From sequence record NC_005066.1: DNA of 64,000 nt. One strand, written 5' to 3'. Both the position numbers and the translations under genes were made by a program. Source of the DNA: Escherichia phage RB49. The notes beneath the pieces were generated by a model. It made no database searches. It was not told the origin of the DNA and saw only the letters and a program-made list of their open reading frames with translations. Positions 8,880-19,040 of this stretch are shown piece after piece; the stretch's first letter is position 1; each line of letters begins with the position of its first letter.

Positions 8880-9650
8880 ATGAATATTATCCGAATAAAA
8901 CTACCGGAAGGTGTGCAGAGATTTAAACCGTTCACGGTAAAAGATTATAGAGATTTCCTTCTGGTGTCAACTGAAATTAAGATGAATCCAGAAGAAGAAC
9001 AAACGATTCTTGATGAGCTATTAGAAGAAATATATCCAGACGTAGACCCGGCATTTCGTGAATATATTTTCCTGAATGTCTTTACTAGTTCAATTGGTAA
9101 AACTAAGATACCGCTTTGTTTTACTTGCCCGACTTGCAACAAAGAAAGAAAAATGTTGCTTAACTTACAGGTTGAAGCACTAAAACCAATCGTTCTAGAG
9201 GCCGCAGGGCTTAAAATAACTTTCCGGTATGTTAAACCATCAACCGACTATGCAAAAACGTTTCTGGATGCGATAGAGCGTGTATCTGATGGTATTAATG
9301 ATTATCTATGGACTGAATTACCGGAAGAAGTTAGAGAACAGGTTATAGATTCAATCTCATTTGCTGAATTTGAAGAAGTTGTTAAGCAGATGCACACAAT
9401 CAAGATCGAACAAAAGATATCTTGTTGTGAAAGTCATGACCTGAAATACATAGGTCTTCTTCCATTGTTCAAATTGTTGTTGAATCCAGATGAGTTATTC
9501 ATCTTTTATCGAATAAACCATCTATTGGCAAAATCAAATTATTCTATCAGTGATCTTATGGATATGTTACCGATTGAGAGAAACATTGCACTGACACTGG
9601 TCGAGAAAGACGTAAAAGAGGCAAATAATGCAAAGAACGGGGTTTCCTAA
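8880..9650 (+). CDS. 51: gp51 baseplate hub assembly catalyst
   Basis: 256 aa; position and size as T4 gp51; CxxC pairs. Confidence 0.6.
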   Translation: MNIIRIKLPEGVQRFKPFTVKDYRDFLLVSTEIKMNPEEEQTILDELLEEIYPDVDPAFREYIFLNVFTSSIGKTKIPLCFTCPTCNKERKMLLNLQVEALKPIVLEAAGLKITFRYVKPSTDYAKTFLDAIERVSDGINDYLWTELPEEVREQVIDSISFAEFEEVVKQMHTIKIEQKISCCESHDLKYIGLLPLFKLLLNPDELFIFYRINHLLAKSNYSISDLMDMLPIERNIALTLVEKDVKEANNAKNGVS

Positions 9651-10737
9651 TGTCTCAATAAAACTTTATCAGGATTATGAGGCATTTCTAAATCATCGCT
9701 TTATAGAGTTGGGTGCTACCTTTGTTACAATGACTCTGCGTGATTCGATTCGTGGGGTGAACGAAGGATTGTTGCAATTCTATGATAATAAGGTGATGCA
9801 TACAAAATTAAACGGGAGAGAGATCATTCAGATTTCGCTATCCACTGCTAATACAGATGAAGTGTTTAACCGAATCTATGGGATCTCTCATAGTAATGTA
9901 ACAATTGACCAAAAATCCGACAATATTTTAACATTCCAGTTAAAGAGCTATCACGAAACATTAAACCTTAAATTTTCTCGCTCATTGACAAATAACGCGG
10001 TTAATAACGTAACTAGCATGATTGATGCCATCTATAAGGAAGTTCCTTTATGGAAACCTACTATAAAGGGTGATAACGTTGTTATTCCTCGTTGTCCGTG
10101 GGTTAGTACCATAAATGACTATATGGATTTTGTGAGGGCATACGGGCAAAGCGTAGAAACAGAGTCTTTCGTGTATTGCTGGGAAGATTTTGATGGTATA
10201 ACGATCGCTGGACACGATACAATATTAAAAAATGAGCCAATACCAGCTATAATCTGTGAGCCTAGACTCATGGGGCAGTTTATTGATATGTCGCCTAATC
10301 TGATGGTTTTTAATTTCGAGTGGCAGACTAAGAGTAATGCTAAAGTTAAAAATTCATTTAGCAATGTGACATACACAACTATTGATTTTGTTACTAAGCA
10401 GTATAATAAAATTGTTGTTGGTAATGGGGATAATATTGCACACTTTGCTCATGGTGGCGCTTATGGTAATTTAACTTATAAGAATGCGTTTTTGGAAGGT
10501 TCTAAACTTGCCACAATAGAACAATATGATTCATATGCTACCGCCGTGTGTCACGGTAATTTTTCGTTGCGCCCCGGTATGGTTATTCGATTCTTTGATG
10601 AGAAACAACAAGCACGCAATGATTTTATTGTTGACGAAGTTGTGCATGAAATTAGCCGAGAGCAATCATTAACTCACCTGTATATGATCGGTAACAGCGA
10701 AGAATTACAGGAAGTCAAATTTGAAGGTAAGATATAA
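9628..10737 (+). CDS. 27: gp27 baseplate hub subunit
   Basis: 369 aa; position and size in the 51-27-28-29-48-54 block. Confidence 0.65.
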   Translation: MQRTGFPNVSIKLYQDYEAFLNHRFIELGATFVTMTLRDSIRGVNEGLLQFYDNKVMHTKLNGREIIQISLSTANTDEVFNRIYGISHSNVTIDQKSDNILTFQLKSYHETLNLKFSRSLTNNAVNNVTSMIDAIYKEVPLWKPTIKGDNVVIPRCPWVSTINDYMDFVRAYGQSVETESFVYCWEDFDGITIAGHDTILKNEPIPAIICEPRLMGQFIDMSPNLMVFNFEWQTKSNAKVKNSFSNVTYTTIDFVTKQYNKIVVGNGDNIAHFAHGGAYGNLTYKNAFLEGSKLATIEQYDSYATAVCHGNFSLRPGMVIRFFDEKQQARNDFIVDEVVHEISREQSLTHLYMIGNSEELQEVKFEGKI

Positions 10738-11255
10738 TGACAGAAACTAAACCTATGTTAAAATTTGTTGTTCCTGTAAAAAAATTAGAGATAAACGGGA
10801 AACATATTAAGATCCCAAAAATGGGGATTAAGCAACATCGATTATTAAAAGATGTTCGTAGCTGTGATGAAACATTAAAGATTCTTCTTGATTCAATCTG
10901 TCCTGGGTTAAACGCTGCCGAGTCTGAATTGGTTATGCTTAACCTTTGTGCGTTTAATGGTAAGTGTCTGGAAGAAAAAGATGGTCTTAAGCTGTCTGAT
11001 GTGTATATTTGTACAGAGACCGAATTTACTTTAAATGGTAAAGTCTTTAAATTTAAAAATCCAATGTATACTTCTGACCCCATTATCGATGACGCTGATT
11101 TCTTGAGTCATCATTATCACGATCCTAGCGTAGACTTCCATGATTTCCCAGCTTTTATTATGGATTGGGCTACAGGATTAAGAAAAACTATTGCACTGGA
11201 TACACCGGAAGGTACTATCTATGGTGGAATTAACATATTGGATCGCCTATCATGA
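10737..11255 (+). CDS. 28: gp28 baseplate hub distal subunit
   Basis: 172 aa; position and size. Confidence 0.6.
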   Translation: MTETKPMLKFVVPVKKLEINGKHIKIPKMGIKQHRLLKDVRSCDETLKILLDSICPGLNAAESELVMLNLCAFNGKCLEEKDGLKLSDVYICTETEFTLNGKVFKFKNPMYTSDPIIDDADFLSHHYHDPSVDFHDFPAFIMDWATGLRKTIALDTPEGTIYGGINILDRLS

Positions 11256-12985
11256 ATGACGCATTAACATCATTTCGCGGGATGCGCAAGGAAGCGGAAG
11301 AAAACCCGATTGATAAACTTAACAAATTAGATAAACTTGATTCTATTGATAATTTGCAAGCCGCTACCGAATTGGTGGCAGAGACAGTAGAACAAAAATC
11401 TAATGAAGTTGTTGGTGCGGTAGAGGATAACACCGCAGCCAATGAATTGACGGCCGAGAATACCCAATCTACCGCTGGCAATACCCAAAAAACTTATGAA
11501 GAATTGCAAAAACTCAATAATTTCTCTTCTCAGATGAATGAGAAATTACGTGGTTTTGGTGTTATGATGGAACGTAGATTTGGTGTTGTCAGTAAAATGG
11601 CTAGCGGTATTGGTGCGATTGAAGAAGCACTGAAAAAACCGGAACAACCGCAAACAATGCCATCACCTCAGCCATTTTTGCCTACTGTACCGGAACAGCC
11701 TAATAATGACAACTATCAAGGTCTTCCAAAGAAAAAACCGGATGTTGATGACCGAAAGAAAAAGAACGCCACAGATAAGCGTAATGCTGATTCTATGGAA
11801 AATCTTCTTAAAGTTGTTCGTGGAGGATTTAAAGAAACCATAGGTATCTCTAATAAGGTCTTAGGGATGTTATTTAAGATCACTTTGACCGCTATGGCAG
11901 AAGCCGCAAAATGGGGTGCTATTTTGATGGGTATTGTTTTTGTCATTGATACCCTGATGGTTCATTTCAGATATTGGAGTGATTTATTCGAAACAAAATT
12001 CAAGGAATTTATGGATAAGGCCGGAGGATGGGCTGGTCCTATTAGCGATATTTTAACTACTGTTCGTCAGGTTCGAGATTATTGGTCTAAAGGAGAATAT
12101 AAAGAATTAATTAAATCTCTGGTTATGGGTATTGGTGATGCGTTCTATAAAACCTTTATCCAACTTGATCGAATTATCACTACTGGTATTGCTAAAATTC
12201 TTCGCATGATCCCTGGTATGGGTGATTATGCCGATAATTTAGAATACGGTGCTTTAAAGTCTGCTGTTGCTAAAGGCTATAAGCCAAATGAAAGAGAACT
12301 CGAATTAATGGATAAGGTCGAGTCTGAACACGAAGAAGACAAATATGGAGAGCGCACAGGATGGACAGGAAAAGCCCGTGATATTGGCGAGGCCATAGGC
12401 GAATCTATTAAAGATAAATTTAATGAAGGTCTTGTTAGTCTGGGCTGGAGAGATCAAAAGGATGTTGACGCAGAGAAACGACAAGAAGAATTAAAACGCG
12501 GGGAATACAAGTCTGTTTCTGCTGAACAACGATCTGCTAGTCGTAAACTTAAAATTAAAAGCGAGGGAGCGATCAATAATATTAATGAAGTTATGGAGAA
12601 TTTGAGCGGTGACTATGACAAAGAAAGAATGGAAGAGTTGAAAAAGGATATTGATGTTTACCGTGAACAAGTTCAAGATCCTACATTAGTTGAAAGTGAT
12701 CGTTCTCAGTTAGAGCGTCTTATTGAAAAATTTGATGAGATGTATGCTGATAAAACTAATGGTGTGGTTCCAACTAACCCTGTTCCTGCAACTGAAACGG
12801 AAACAGCAAAACAAGCGGAACGTACTGAACAAATGCAGAAACAAGCTGCAATCCAGCAACAAACGACAAATCAGACCTCAAACGTAAATAATACACAAAT
12901 TGTAACAAACAATAGAACTATTAAACAGGGTGCACCAACAACTAGAATTGATGCCCCTGGTACAATTAATATGGGGAACTTTTAA
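11252..12985 (+). CDS. 29: gp29 baseplate hub / tail tape-measure protein
   Basis: 577 aa; position and size; coiled-coil-rich. Confidence 0.65.
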   Translation: MNDALTSFRGMRKEAEENPIDKLNKLDKLDSIDNLQAATELVAETVEQKSNEVVGAVEDNTAANELTAENTQSTAGNTQKTYEELQKLNNFSSQMNEKLRGFGVMMERRFGVVSKMASGIGAIEEALKKPEQPQTMPSPQPFLPTVPEQPNNDNYQGLPKKKPDVDDRKKKNATDKRNADSMENLLKVVRGGFKETIGISNKVLGMLFKITLTAMAEAAKWGAILMGIVFVIDTLMVHFRYWSDLFETKFKEFMDKAGGWAGPISDILTTVRQVRDYWSKGEYKELIKSLVMGIGDAFYKTFIQLDRIITTGIAKILRMIPGMGDYADNLEYGALKSAVAKGYKPNERELELMDKVESEHEEDKYGERTGWTGKARDIGEAIGESIKDKFNEGLVSLGWRDQKDVDAEKRQEELKRGEYKSVSAEQRSASRKLKIKSEGAINNINEVMENLSGDYDKERMEELKKDIDVYREQVQDPTLVESDRSQLERLIEKFDEMYADKTNGVVPTNPVPATETETAKQAERTEQMQKQAAIQQQTTNQTSNVNNTQIVTNNRTIKQGAPTTRIDAPGTINMGNF

Positions 12986-14043
12986 TGAAAATTAGTGTTA
13001 TCAATGATGCCGTTGATAGCTTTAAAGCGGGGGTTAAAACCTCCGCTGGTTTTACCTCAAAAAATAAAGGGAAAACATTAACCGCTCAATTCCCCGCTGA
13101 ACGTGCTAGCGGTAATGATGCTAGCGGTTATTATATCAACGACTTATATAATAATGGTCTGTTATTCACTGCATACGATTATACATCTCGTACTACCGGA
13201 TCGTTGCGTGATTTCAGGAAAAAGAAAAATGTTGCTAGCGGTTTTGGTGGTAGCGTTAATATCGCTGGTTTTGATTTAAATTTGGGTGGGAGAAATGCTG
13301 CATTTGACCGAGAGGCAATTGCTAATATTCTTCTTCCTCGTAGTCAATCTGACGTTGACGCTGCCAGCCATAAGTTTAATGATGTTGGTGAATCTGTTAT
13401 TTCTCGCGGCGGTGGTACTTTAGGCGGTGCTCTTTCTAATATGGCATCTACTGCCGTTTTTGGTGGTATCGAAAGTATTACTGGTGGATACCTTGCCGAT
13501 CACGGTGAACAGATTTATAATACTGCGCGAAGCATGTATGCGGGTGCTGACGCACGAACGAAAAACTACGTATGGCATCTAACCCCACGTAGTATTGAAG
13601 ACCTTCGCAATATTCTGATCATATACGAAACGTTTTTAGAATTGTCTTATGGTTCTAGTGGTATTTCCAGCACCGCAAAAGAATTAAAAGCGGAAGTTGA
13701 TGCGTGGTATAAAAATACACTATTGAGAAAATCCACTCCAGAGGAAGCGAAGAGAAATGATACTCTGTTTGAAGGGATCACCGATTTTCTATCAAACGTA
13801 ATTACTGTATCTAACCCGACAATATGGATGATCTCTAACTTCGGCAAGCGTACATCGTTTGAAGGGCGTAGCGATGCATTTGGTCCCGCTCAGATCTCAA
13901 GTGTACGTCTGGACAAGTCGCCTGATGGTAAGTTTAATGGCCTTGCTATTTCTCCTAACTTGCCGAGTACCTTTGTTCTGGAAGTAACATTTAGAGAGAT
14001 CTTGACACTTTCCCGTGGTACTATATTTGGGAGTGCGGCATAA
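12985..14043 (+). CDS. 48: gp48 baseplate tail-tube cap
   Basis: 352 aa; position and size. Confidence 0.65.
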   Translation: MKISVINDAVDSFKAGVKTSAGFTSKNKGKTLTAQFPAERASGNDASGYYINDLYNNGLLFTAYDYTSRTTGSLRDFRKKKNVASGFGGSVNIAGFDLNLGGRNAAFDREAIANILLPRSQSDVDAASHKFNDVGESVISRGGGTLGGALSNMASTAVFGGIESITGGYLADHGEQIYNTARSMYAGADARTKNYVWHLTPRSIEDLRNILIIYETFLELSYGSSGISSTAKELKAEVDAWYKNTLLRKSTPEEAKRNDTLFEGITDFLSNVITVSNPTIWMISNFGKRTSFEGRSDAFGPAQISSVRLDKSPDGKFNGLAISPNLPSTFVLEVTFREILTLSRGTIFGSAA

Positions 14044-14975
14044 TGTTTGATTTAAATGACTTTAACGAACAAGCCGCTAACCTTGACTTTCAGCGATCGA
14101 ACTTATTCAGTGTGGCATTTGCCACCACTCCAAGTAATAAGACACAAGCGATCCTAGAAAGTATGGGTGGTGCGGTATATGATATTATACCAAATGCATT
14201 AAATGACTATTTCGGGATTACTCGTGGTGATTATACTGACGCATTAACAAATCTTGCTGTACAGGGTGTTAGGCGTGCTGTTGATTCATCTGGTGTCAAA
14301 AAGTATCTTTTAGGTGCAATGTCATCCCGCGTAGTTCAATCTCTTCTGGGGCAATTTGATGTTGGTACGTATGCGCTTGACTGGTTCAATATGGCATATA
14401 AGACAAGCGGTCTTCTGGTGTATGCTGTTAAGGTTCCAGAAAACAGATTGAATTATGAAATGGACCGTAACCACAATGCGCCAAACATTCGAATTACCGG
14501 ACGTGATTTTGATCCGCTTGTATTGAGCTTTAGAATGGACTCTAGCGCATCAAACTATAGAGCAATGCAGGATTGGGTTAACTCAGTAGAAGACCCCGTT
14601 ACAGGGCTTCGTGCGCTTCCTGTTGACGTTGAAGCAGATATTCAGGTCAACTTACATAACCGAATGGGAGTTCCTCACACGATCATGATGTTTAATGGTT
14701 GTGTTCCTGTTGGTGTGAGTGCACCGGAATTAAACTATGAAAACAACAACGAAATCACAACATTCGATGTTACTTTTGCGTATAGGACTATGCAAACTGG
14801 TGCTGTAGGAGAGCAAGCCGCGCGAGAATGGATTGAGGATAAGGCAATAAACGCAATAACAAACACTTTCGGTAATAATTTACTTGATAGTGGGTTATCT
14901 GCTGCTGGTAATGCTTTATCGCGTCTAAATGGCGTTGGTGGGCGTGTGGTGAATACTGTTACTAACTGGTTCTGA
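14043..14975 (+). CDS. 54: gp54 baseplate tail-tube initiator
   Basis: 310 aa; position and size; ATGA start/stop overlap with gp48. Confidence 0.65.
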   Translation: MFDLNDFNEQAANLDFQRSNLFSVAFATTPSNKTQAILESMGGAVYDIIPNALNDYFGITRGDYTDALTNLAVQGVRRAVDSSGVKKYLLGAMSSRVVQSLLGQFDVGTYALDWFNMAYKTSGLLVYAVKVPENRLNYEMDRNHNAPNIRITGRDFDPLVLSFRMDSSASNYRAMQDWVNSVEDPVTGLRALPVDVEADIQVNLHNRMGVPHTIMMFNGCVPVGVSAPELNYENNNEITTFDVTFAYRTMQTGAVGEQAAREWIEDKAINAITNTFGNNLLDSGLSAAGNALSRLNGVGGRVVNTVTNWF

Positions 14976-14981
14976 TAAGCG

Positions 14982-15014
14982 AAAGGCGGGGATAATCCCC
15001 GCCTTTTTATTTTG
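14982..15014. terminator. Bidirectional rho-independent terminator
   Basis: Hairpin aaaggcgggga-taa-tccccgccttt flanked by A- and T-runs between convergent genes 54 and the lipoprotein gene. Confidence 0.65.
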
Positions 15015-15492
15015 CTAAATCATTGCAATATTTTAGTGCCTTAGTTTGAAATTCTGCGCTGTTAAGTTCTTCATAACGGTCATAATCACCGTTTAATGCT
15101 GCCTTTCTTGCTTCTTGCTCTATCTGCATGTCAGACATGATAATACAGCGATCCCGCGCTTTCATCTTCTCAAGTTGTATAGACTCTTCTTTCTGCTTGC
15201 GCAATTCTTCTTGACGCTTCTTTTCTTCTTGTGCTTTCTCTTCCCGCGCTTCTTTGATTGCATCCTTGAACATCTGCGTTTGTGGTGCTAAACCAACTTT
15301 AACTCGATCTACGTCTCGACGTTCCATTTTAGAAATAAAGCATGATTCGATCTGATCATCACTTGCATATGCTGCTTTACATTCACGAAGCAAGAAAACC
15401 GGATCTGATTTAGCATTCATCATAGCTTCCATGTTGGCACAACCAGTAAGCATGAATACAGCCGCAAGACCAATCAGTTTAATCATTTTCAT
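15007..15492 (-). CDS. Putative lipoprotein with a charged coiled-coil region
   Basis: 161 aa; N-terminal signal with lipobox LTGC; start overlaps the stop of the upstream ADP-ribosyltransferase gene. Confidence 0.55.
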   Translation of the reverse strand: MKMIKLIGLAAVFMLTGCANMEAMMNAKSDPVFLLRECKAAYASDDQIESCFISKMERRDVDRVKVGLAPQTQMFKDAIKEAREEKAQEEKKRQEELRKQKEESIQLEKMKARDRCIIMSDMQIEQEARKAALNGDYDRYEELNSAEFQTKALKYCNDLAK

Positions 15493-16313
15493 TTAGTCAC
15501 CTCACCGAAAATTGTAAATTGTCTACGATTCTCATCGCCGAAAGATTCTACTACGTCGTTTACCTTGACGCAAGTCCCGCGCGGTAAAATTACTTCACAT
15601 TCGCAAGGGTTCCATGCAATGGACCCAACAACAAAACCTTTATGATCTTTTACGTCAATTACCCATGATACATTACAAGAATGTTGCATCTTTCCGGTCA
15701 TTGATTCATATCGATTCTCACAATAAAGGCTAGTGCTGTTTGATAGCCATCCTCCAAAGATGATCGGTGTCATGCTGGTTGACACAAAGTTTTTAAAGGT
15801 AAATTCCTTATCTTCAATAATACGCTCTATTGTCTGAATGTCAAGATGTTGACCGCGATAAAGAGTACCGTTTAACTTTTCGGTTTTATCCATGACGCAA
15901 TCCATCAAATCAACAATCTCTGATATCTCATCGGTCATGTCTTCTTCCCCTAAGAGAGCACCATTTACCCATTCGTATTGCTCAGACACATAATCACAGA
16001 TTGCATTATATTCTGCTGGTGTTATGTTGTTATGTTTGTAATGTTTGAATACATTATCTCCAAAGTCTTCGGAGTGTACTTCATACATCACATTAATGAT
16101 TTTCTTGACAAATCCATAATCTTGTGTCTCACGCTCAAGGAAGCGGATAACCTTCACATAATCATCAAAGTTAATCTGATCGCTGATCATCTCAGTGATC
16201 ATGTAACCATTAATCCCCTCAATGTCATATGTTTCAATATAATTGTCCATACGTTCCATCATTGATTCGCGTGATTCTTCCGAAAGACGAAAATCCTGTA
16301 ATTTCTTGAACAT
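15489..16313 (-). CDS. ADP-ribosyltransferase, Alt/Mod-like R-S-E class, short paralogue
   Basis: 274 aa; LYRG...FVSTS...ECEVILPRG motifs, parallel to the C-terminus of the adjacent Alt. Confidence 0.7.
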   Translation of the reverse strand: MFKKLQDFRLSEESRESMMERMDNYIETYDIEGINGYMITEMISDQINFDDYVKVIRFLERETQDYGFVKKIINVMYEVHSEDFGDNVFKHYKHNNITPAEYNAICDYVSEQYEWVNGALLGEEDMTDEISEIVDLMDCVMDKTEKLNGTLYRGQHLDIQTIERIIEDKEFTFKNFVSTSMTPIIFGGWLSNSTSLYCENRYESMTGKMQHSCNVSWVIDVKDHKGFVVGSIAWNPCECEVILPRGTCVKVNDVVESFGDENRRQFTIFGEVTK

Positions 16314-16336
16314 TTTAAACCTCCCATATAACAGAA

Positions 16337-16367
16337 AACGGGGCTAGTATAAAACTAGTCCCCGTTT
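16337..16367 (-). terminator. Rho-independent terminator between alt and the downstream ART gene
   Basis: Hairpin aaacggggctagt-ataaa-actagtccccgttt. Confidence 0.5.
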
Positions 16368-16390
16368 GAGTCAACCATTATTTCTTAAAA

Positions 16391-18442
16391 TTACATTTTA
16401 AATTTATCTGGCATTGCGTCTACAGATACCAGATCAGCGATAAGCTGACGTAGAGTTGCCTTATCTGCTTTCTTACGTTCGGTTTTAGCTTCGCTAATGA
16501 AGCTGGAGAAAGACAGGTCAGAAGCAGGTTTAACAACACCTTCACGGATGAATGCATCACCGTCCGCGATCATCTCGCCAGATTCTTGTAATGCTGCCAG
16601 TTCATTTTTGTTCATAATATGTGCCTCAATGTAATAAGTTTCTTGTGAATCCGTCGATGCCGTAGCACGAGTTACCGTATCAAAGGATAACACAACACCG
16701 CGAGGAAGTAAAATCTCGCATTCTTTGTAAGCAAATGCTTTGTTACCTACTGGCAAGACAGGGATGTTTTCCGCGCCAGCAATGGAGAAAGCAACATTGG
16801 CGCCACCTTCACCGCGAGAGCCAGCCATAGAATCAACACCAGCAACGGCACTAGCCACGTTTGCATTCCAGCCGCCAAAAATGTTAGGTGCAAGGGAAGT
16901 GCTCACATAGTTTTTAAAGTAAAACGCTTTTTGCTTACGTGCAGTTTCCCACATTTGCGACCGGAAGTCCATACCACGATACAGAATAGTACCCGGATCA
17001 AGTTTAACGCCATAGTTGGAGAAGGCATTATCCAGTGCATCGCACATCTTGACCAATTCTTCTGGATCTGATATGCCTTCAAACTCTTCCAGCTTGCGGT
17101 CGGTTAGGAAGTTGTTCATATTGATGTATGCTGCATCGGCATATTCGCTCAACACAAAACCTTCCGCGCCTGGCAGATCAAGATCAATATCTGCCATCAT
17201 TTCACCCATGTTGCTAGCAATTGCTTCAAACATACCGGAAGCAACATTACGTAGGGCATCGGTTTTAATCTGGGTGATATGACTACGCAGCATTTCAGCT
17301 TTTACATCTGCTGGCATAGACTGGTCTACTCGATCCATTGCCAGGGCGGTGATCTTGTTTTCGAATACTTCCTCGCTCATGATTTCTTTTAAGCGTTTGA
17401 CCGAGGCTGCGATAACTTCCGCAGACAACGGATCATATTGATCCTGAACTTTTACCAGTTCGCTTACTGCGTATTTTGCATCGGCTTCGCTTTCAAAAAT
17501 AGTACGCATGAAACCATAGCGAGTGATAATATCACTTGTCCAGTCATTCAGAGAACGGGCGGTTGAACGTTCTAAGGCTTGACGGTCAATCAGAGTATTA
17601 AACTGTTTCTTAGGTTCGGCTTCGGTGATATCTTCTTCCGGTTTAAGATTAATTTTTTCTGGATGATTCACATAGTCGCTGTTATAGGTCGCTTGAGTTT
17701 TCAGCATTTCTTCTTTAGTCAAACGAGATTTAGCCGCTACGCGTTGTTCTGCTTCCGCGTTTCGTTCTTCTTCTGACACAAGACTAGCCGCATACGCTTC
17801 ATCTTTAGTCAGAGATTCACCAGTAGCCTTAGATACCCAGCGATCACCTAAATCACTTTCTACTTTAGTGAACAAGGATTCATCAAGTTTAATCCCTTTA
17901 ATCTTATCAATCGCCATCCCGCGACGCTTGACAACAACTAAAGCGATCTTTTTGCTGGTCATTACTTCCTGCTGGAATACTTCAAACTTCGGTGTACGAC
18001 GCACCAAACGCTCTATAACGCGCTTAACCAGTTCGGTCTTACCTTTCATGCGGGATACGTTAAAACGGAACATAACAGCGTCTAATTGCGATTTACGGGC
18101 TGTTTCCATAACCACATCAAAAGCACTTGCCATGACTGCAATCGGGTTATCGCCTAGACCATTTTTAAGCTGTACAATACGACCGCTTTTGTTCATTTCG
18201 CACAGTACAACATGTGCGGTCTTGTCACCCATACGAATGATTTTAGGTGTTTTGTTGGTGAAGTTACAAAGACGGACAATCACATCTTTATCGCGTGTCT
18301 GTACTGCAAAAAGCTGTTTAGGATTCTGCTTAGGCTTTAAGCACTGTACCGGAGCAATACTGCCAAAGTTTTCTTCCTCTTCCGTCAACAGCCATTTCTC
18401 GAAAGATTCAATCATTAGATCGTCGATTTCTAAGTTAAACAT
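16391..18442 (-). CDS. alt: Alt ADP-ribosyltransferase (packaged, modifies host RNA polymerase)
   Basis: 683 aa (T4 Alt is about the same); C-terminal ART motifs LYRG, YVSTS, ECEILLPRG. Confidence 0.8.
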   Translation of the reverse strand: MFNLEIDDLMIESFEKWLLTEEEENFGSIAPVQCLKPKQNPKQLFAVQTRDKDVIVRLCNFTNKTPKIIRMGDKTAHVVLCEMNKSGRIVQLKNGLGDNPIAVMASAFDVVMETARKSQLDAVMFRFNVSRMKGKTELVKRVIERLVRRTPKFEVFQQEVMTSKKIALVVVKRRGMAIDKIKGIKLDESLFTKVESDLGDRWVSKATGESLTKDEAYAASLVSEEERNAEAEQRVAAKSRLTKEEMLKTQATYNSDYVNHPEKINLKPEEDITEAEPKKQFNTLIDRQALERSTARSLNDWTSDIITRYGFMRTIFESEADAKYAVSELVKVQDQYDPLSAEVIAASVKRLKEIMSEEVFENKITALAMDRVDQSMPADVKAEMLRSHITQIKTDALRNVASGMFEAIASNMGEMMADIDLDLPGAEGFVLSEYADAAYINMNNFLTDRKLEEFEGISDPEELVKMCDALDNAFSNYGVKLDPGTILYRGMDFRSQMWETARKQKAFYFKNYVSTSLAPNIFGGWNANVASAVAGVDSMAGSRGEGGANVAFSIAGAENIPVLPVGNKAFAYKECEILLPRGVVLSFDTVTRATASTDSQETYYIEAHIMNKNELAALQESGEMIADGDAFIREGVVKPASDLSFSSFISEAKTERKKADKATLRQLIADLVSVDAMPDKFKM

Positions 18443-18485
18443 TTTATATCCTCTAGTTGATAACCTATAAACCTATATTTATGAA

Positions 18486-18507
18486 AAGGGGGCTTAACGC
18501 CCCCTTT
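18486..18507 (-). terminator. Rho-independent terminator
   Basis: Hairpin gggggc-ttaa-cgccccc with a T-run on the minus strand after the 18509..18721 gene. Confidence 0.55.
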
Positions 18508-18508
18508 A

Positions 18509-18721
18509 TTATAATGCACCATCGAGCAATTGCTCTAAGGTGTATCCTGAATAGTCTTTTTCAATCAGGGTATATTTTCCTACTCGTTTAATCCAGCCAC
18601 GCATTTCAACGTATTCTGCGTAGTTGATGGTGCGAGTTGTTCCATCTTCTAGCAAAGCAGTACCGATTTCGTTAATGCGGTCATAAGTTACGTCGGTAAT
18701 GATGATTTCGATGTTAGCCAT
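18509..18721 (-). CDS. Hypothetical small early protein
   Basis: 70 aa ORF preceded by a promoter cassette and GGAG RBS. Confidence 0.55.
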   Translation of the reverse strand: MANIEIIITDVTYDRINEIGTALLEDGTTRTINYAEYVEMRGWIKRVGKYTLIEKDYSGYTLEQLLDGAL

Positions 18722-18786
18722 TTGATACTCCTTAGTAGTTCGTTTCGGTATGGGTGTATTATGATATACACCCTCTGTTATGTCAA
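18722..18786 (-). promoter_or_regulatory. Early promoter cassette (sigma70-like -35 TTGACA / -10 cATAAT plus conserved leader)
   Basis: Minus strand reads TTGACA-17 bp-CATAAT-ACACCCATACCGAAACGAA-GGAG-ATG; the same architecture recurs more than 20 times in the window. Confidence 0.6.
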
Positions 18787-18792
18787 CAACTT

Positions 18793-18972
18793 TTAGAACA
18801 TTTTTGAAATTAATTCTGCTTTGATTTCGCAGAGAACATCTAAAGATTTCTCGTCACCTGCTTTTGCGGCTTCTGTTTGCATTTTTGAAATGGCTTCAAT
18901 GTCAGTGCAATTATAAGCCGCTTGAACTTTAGCGATTGCGATGATTGCCGATTCGATGGTTAAGTGTTTCAT
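18793..18972 (-). CDS. Hypothetical small early protein
   Basis: 59 aa ORF (MKHLTIESAI...), hand-translated; promoter cassette and RBS upstream. Confidence 0.45.
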   Translation of the reverse strand: MKHLTIESAIIAIAKVQAAYNCTDIEAISKMQTEAAKAGDEKSLDVLCEIKAELISKMF

Positions 18973-19033
18973 GTTTGATTCTCCTTTCGTTTCGGTATGG
19001 GTGCATTATAGGGGATCGGTGACCCCCTGTCAA
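18973..19033 (-). promoter_or_regulatory. Early promoter cassette with palindromic spacer
   Basis: TTGACA, spacer containing GGGGTCACCGATCCCC, TATAAT-like box, conserved leader. Confidence 0.6.
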
Positions 19034-19040
19034 CAACTTT

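Noticed and set aside
17868-18470. 200 aa plus-strand ORF, and similar antisense ORFs at 45363..45965 and 51088..51585
   Set aside because: Each lies fully inside a well-supported gene on the opposite strand (alt, gene 32, gene 34) with no RBS or promoter of its own.
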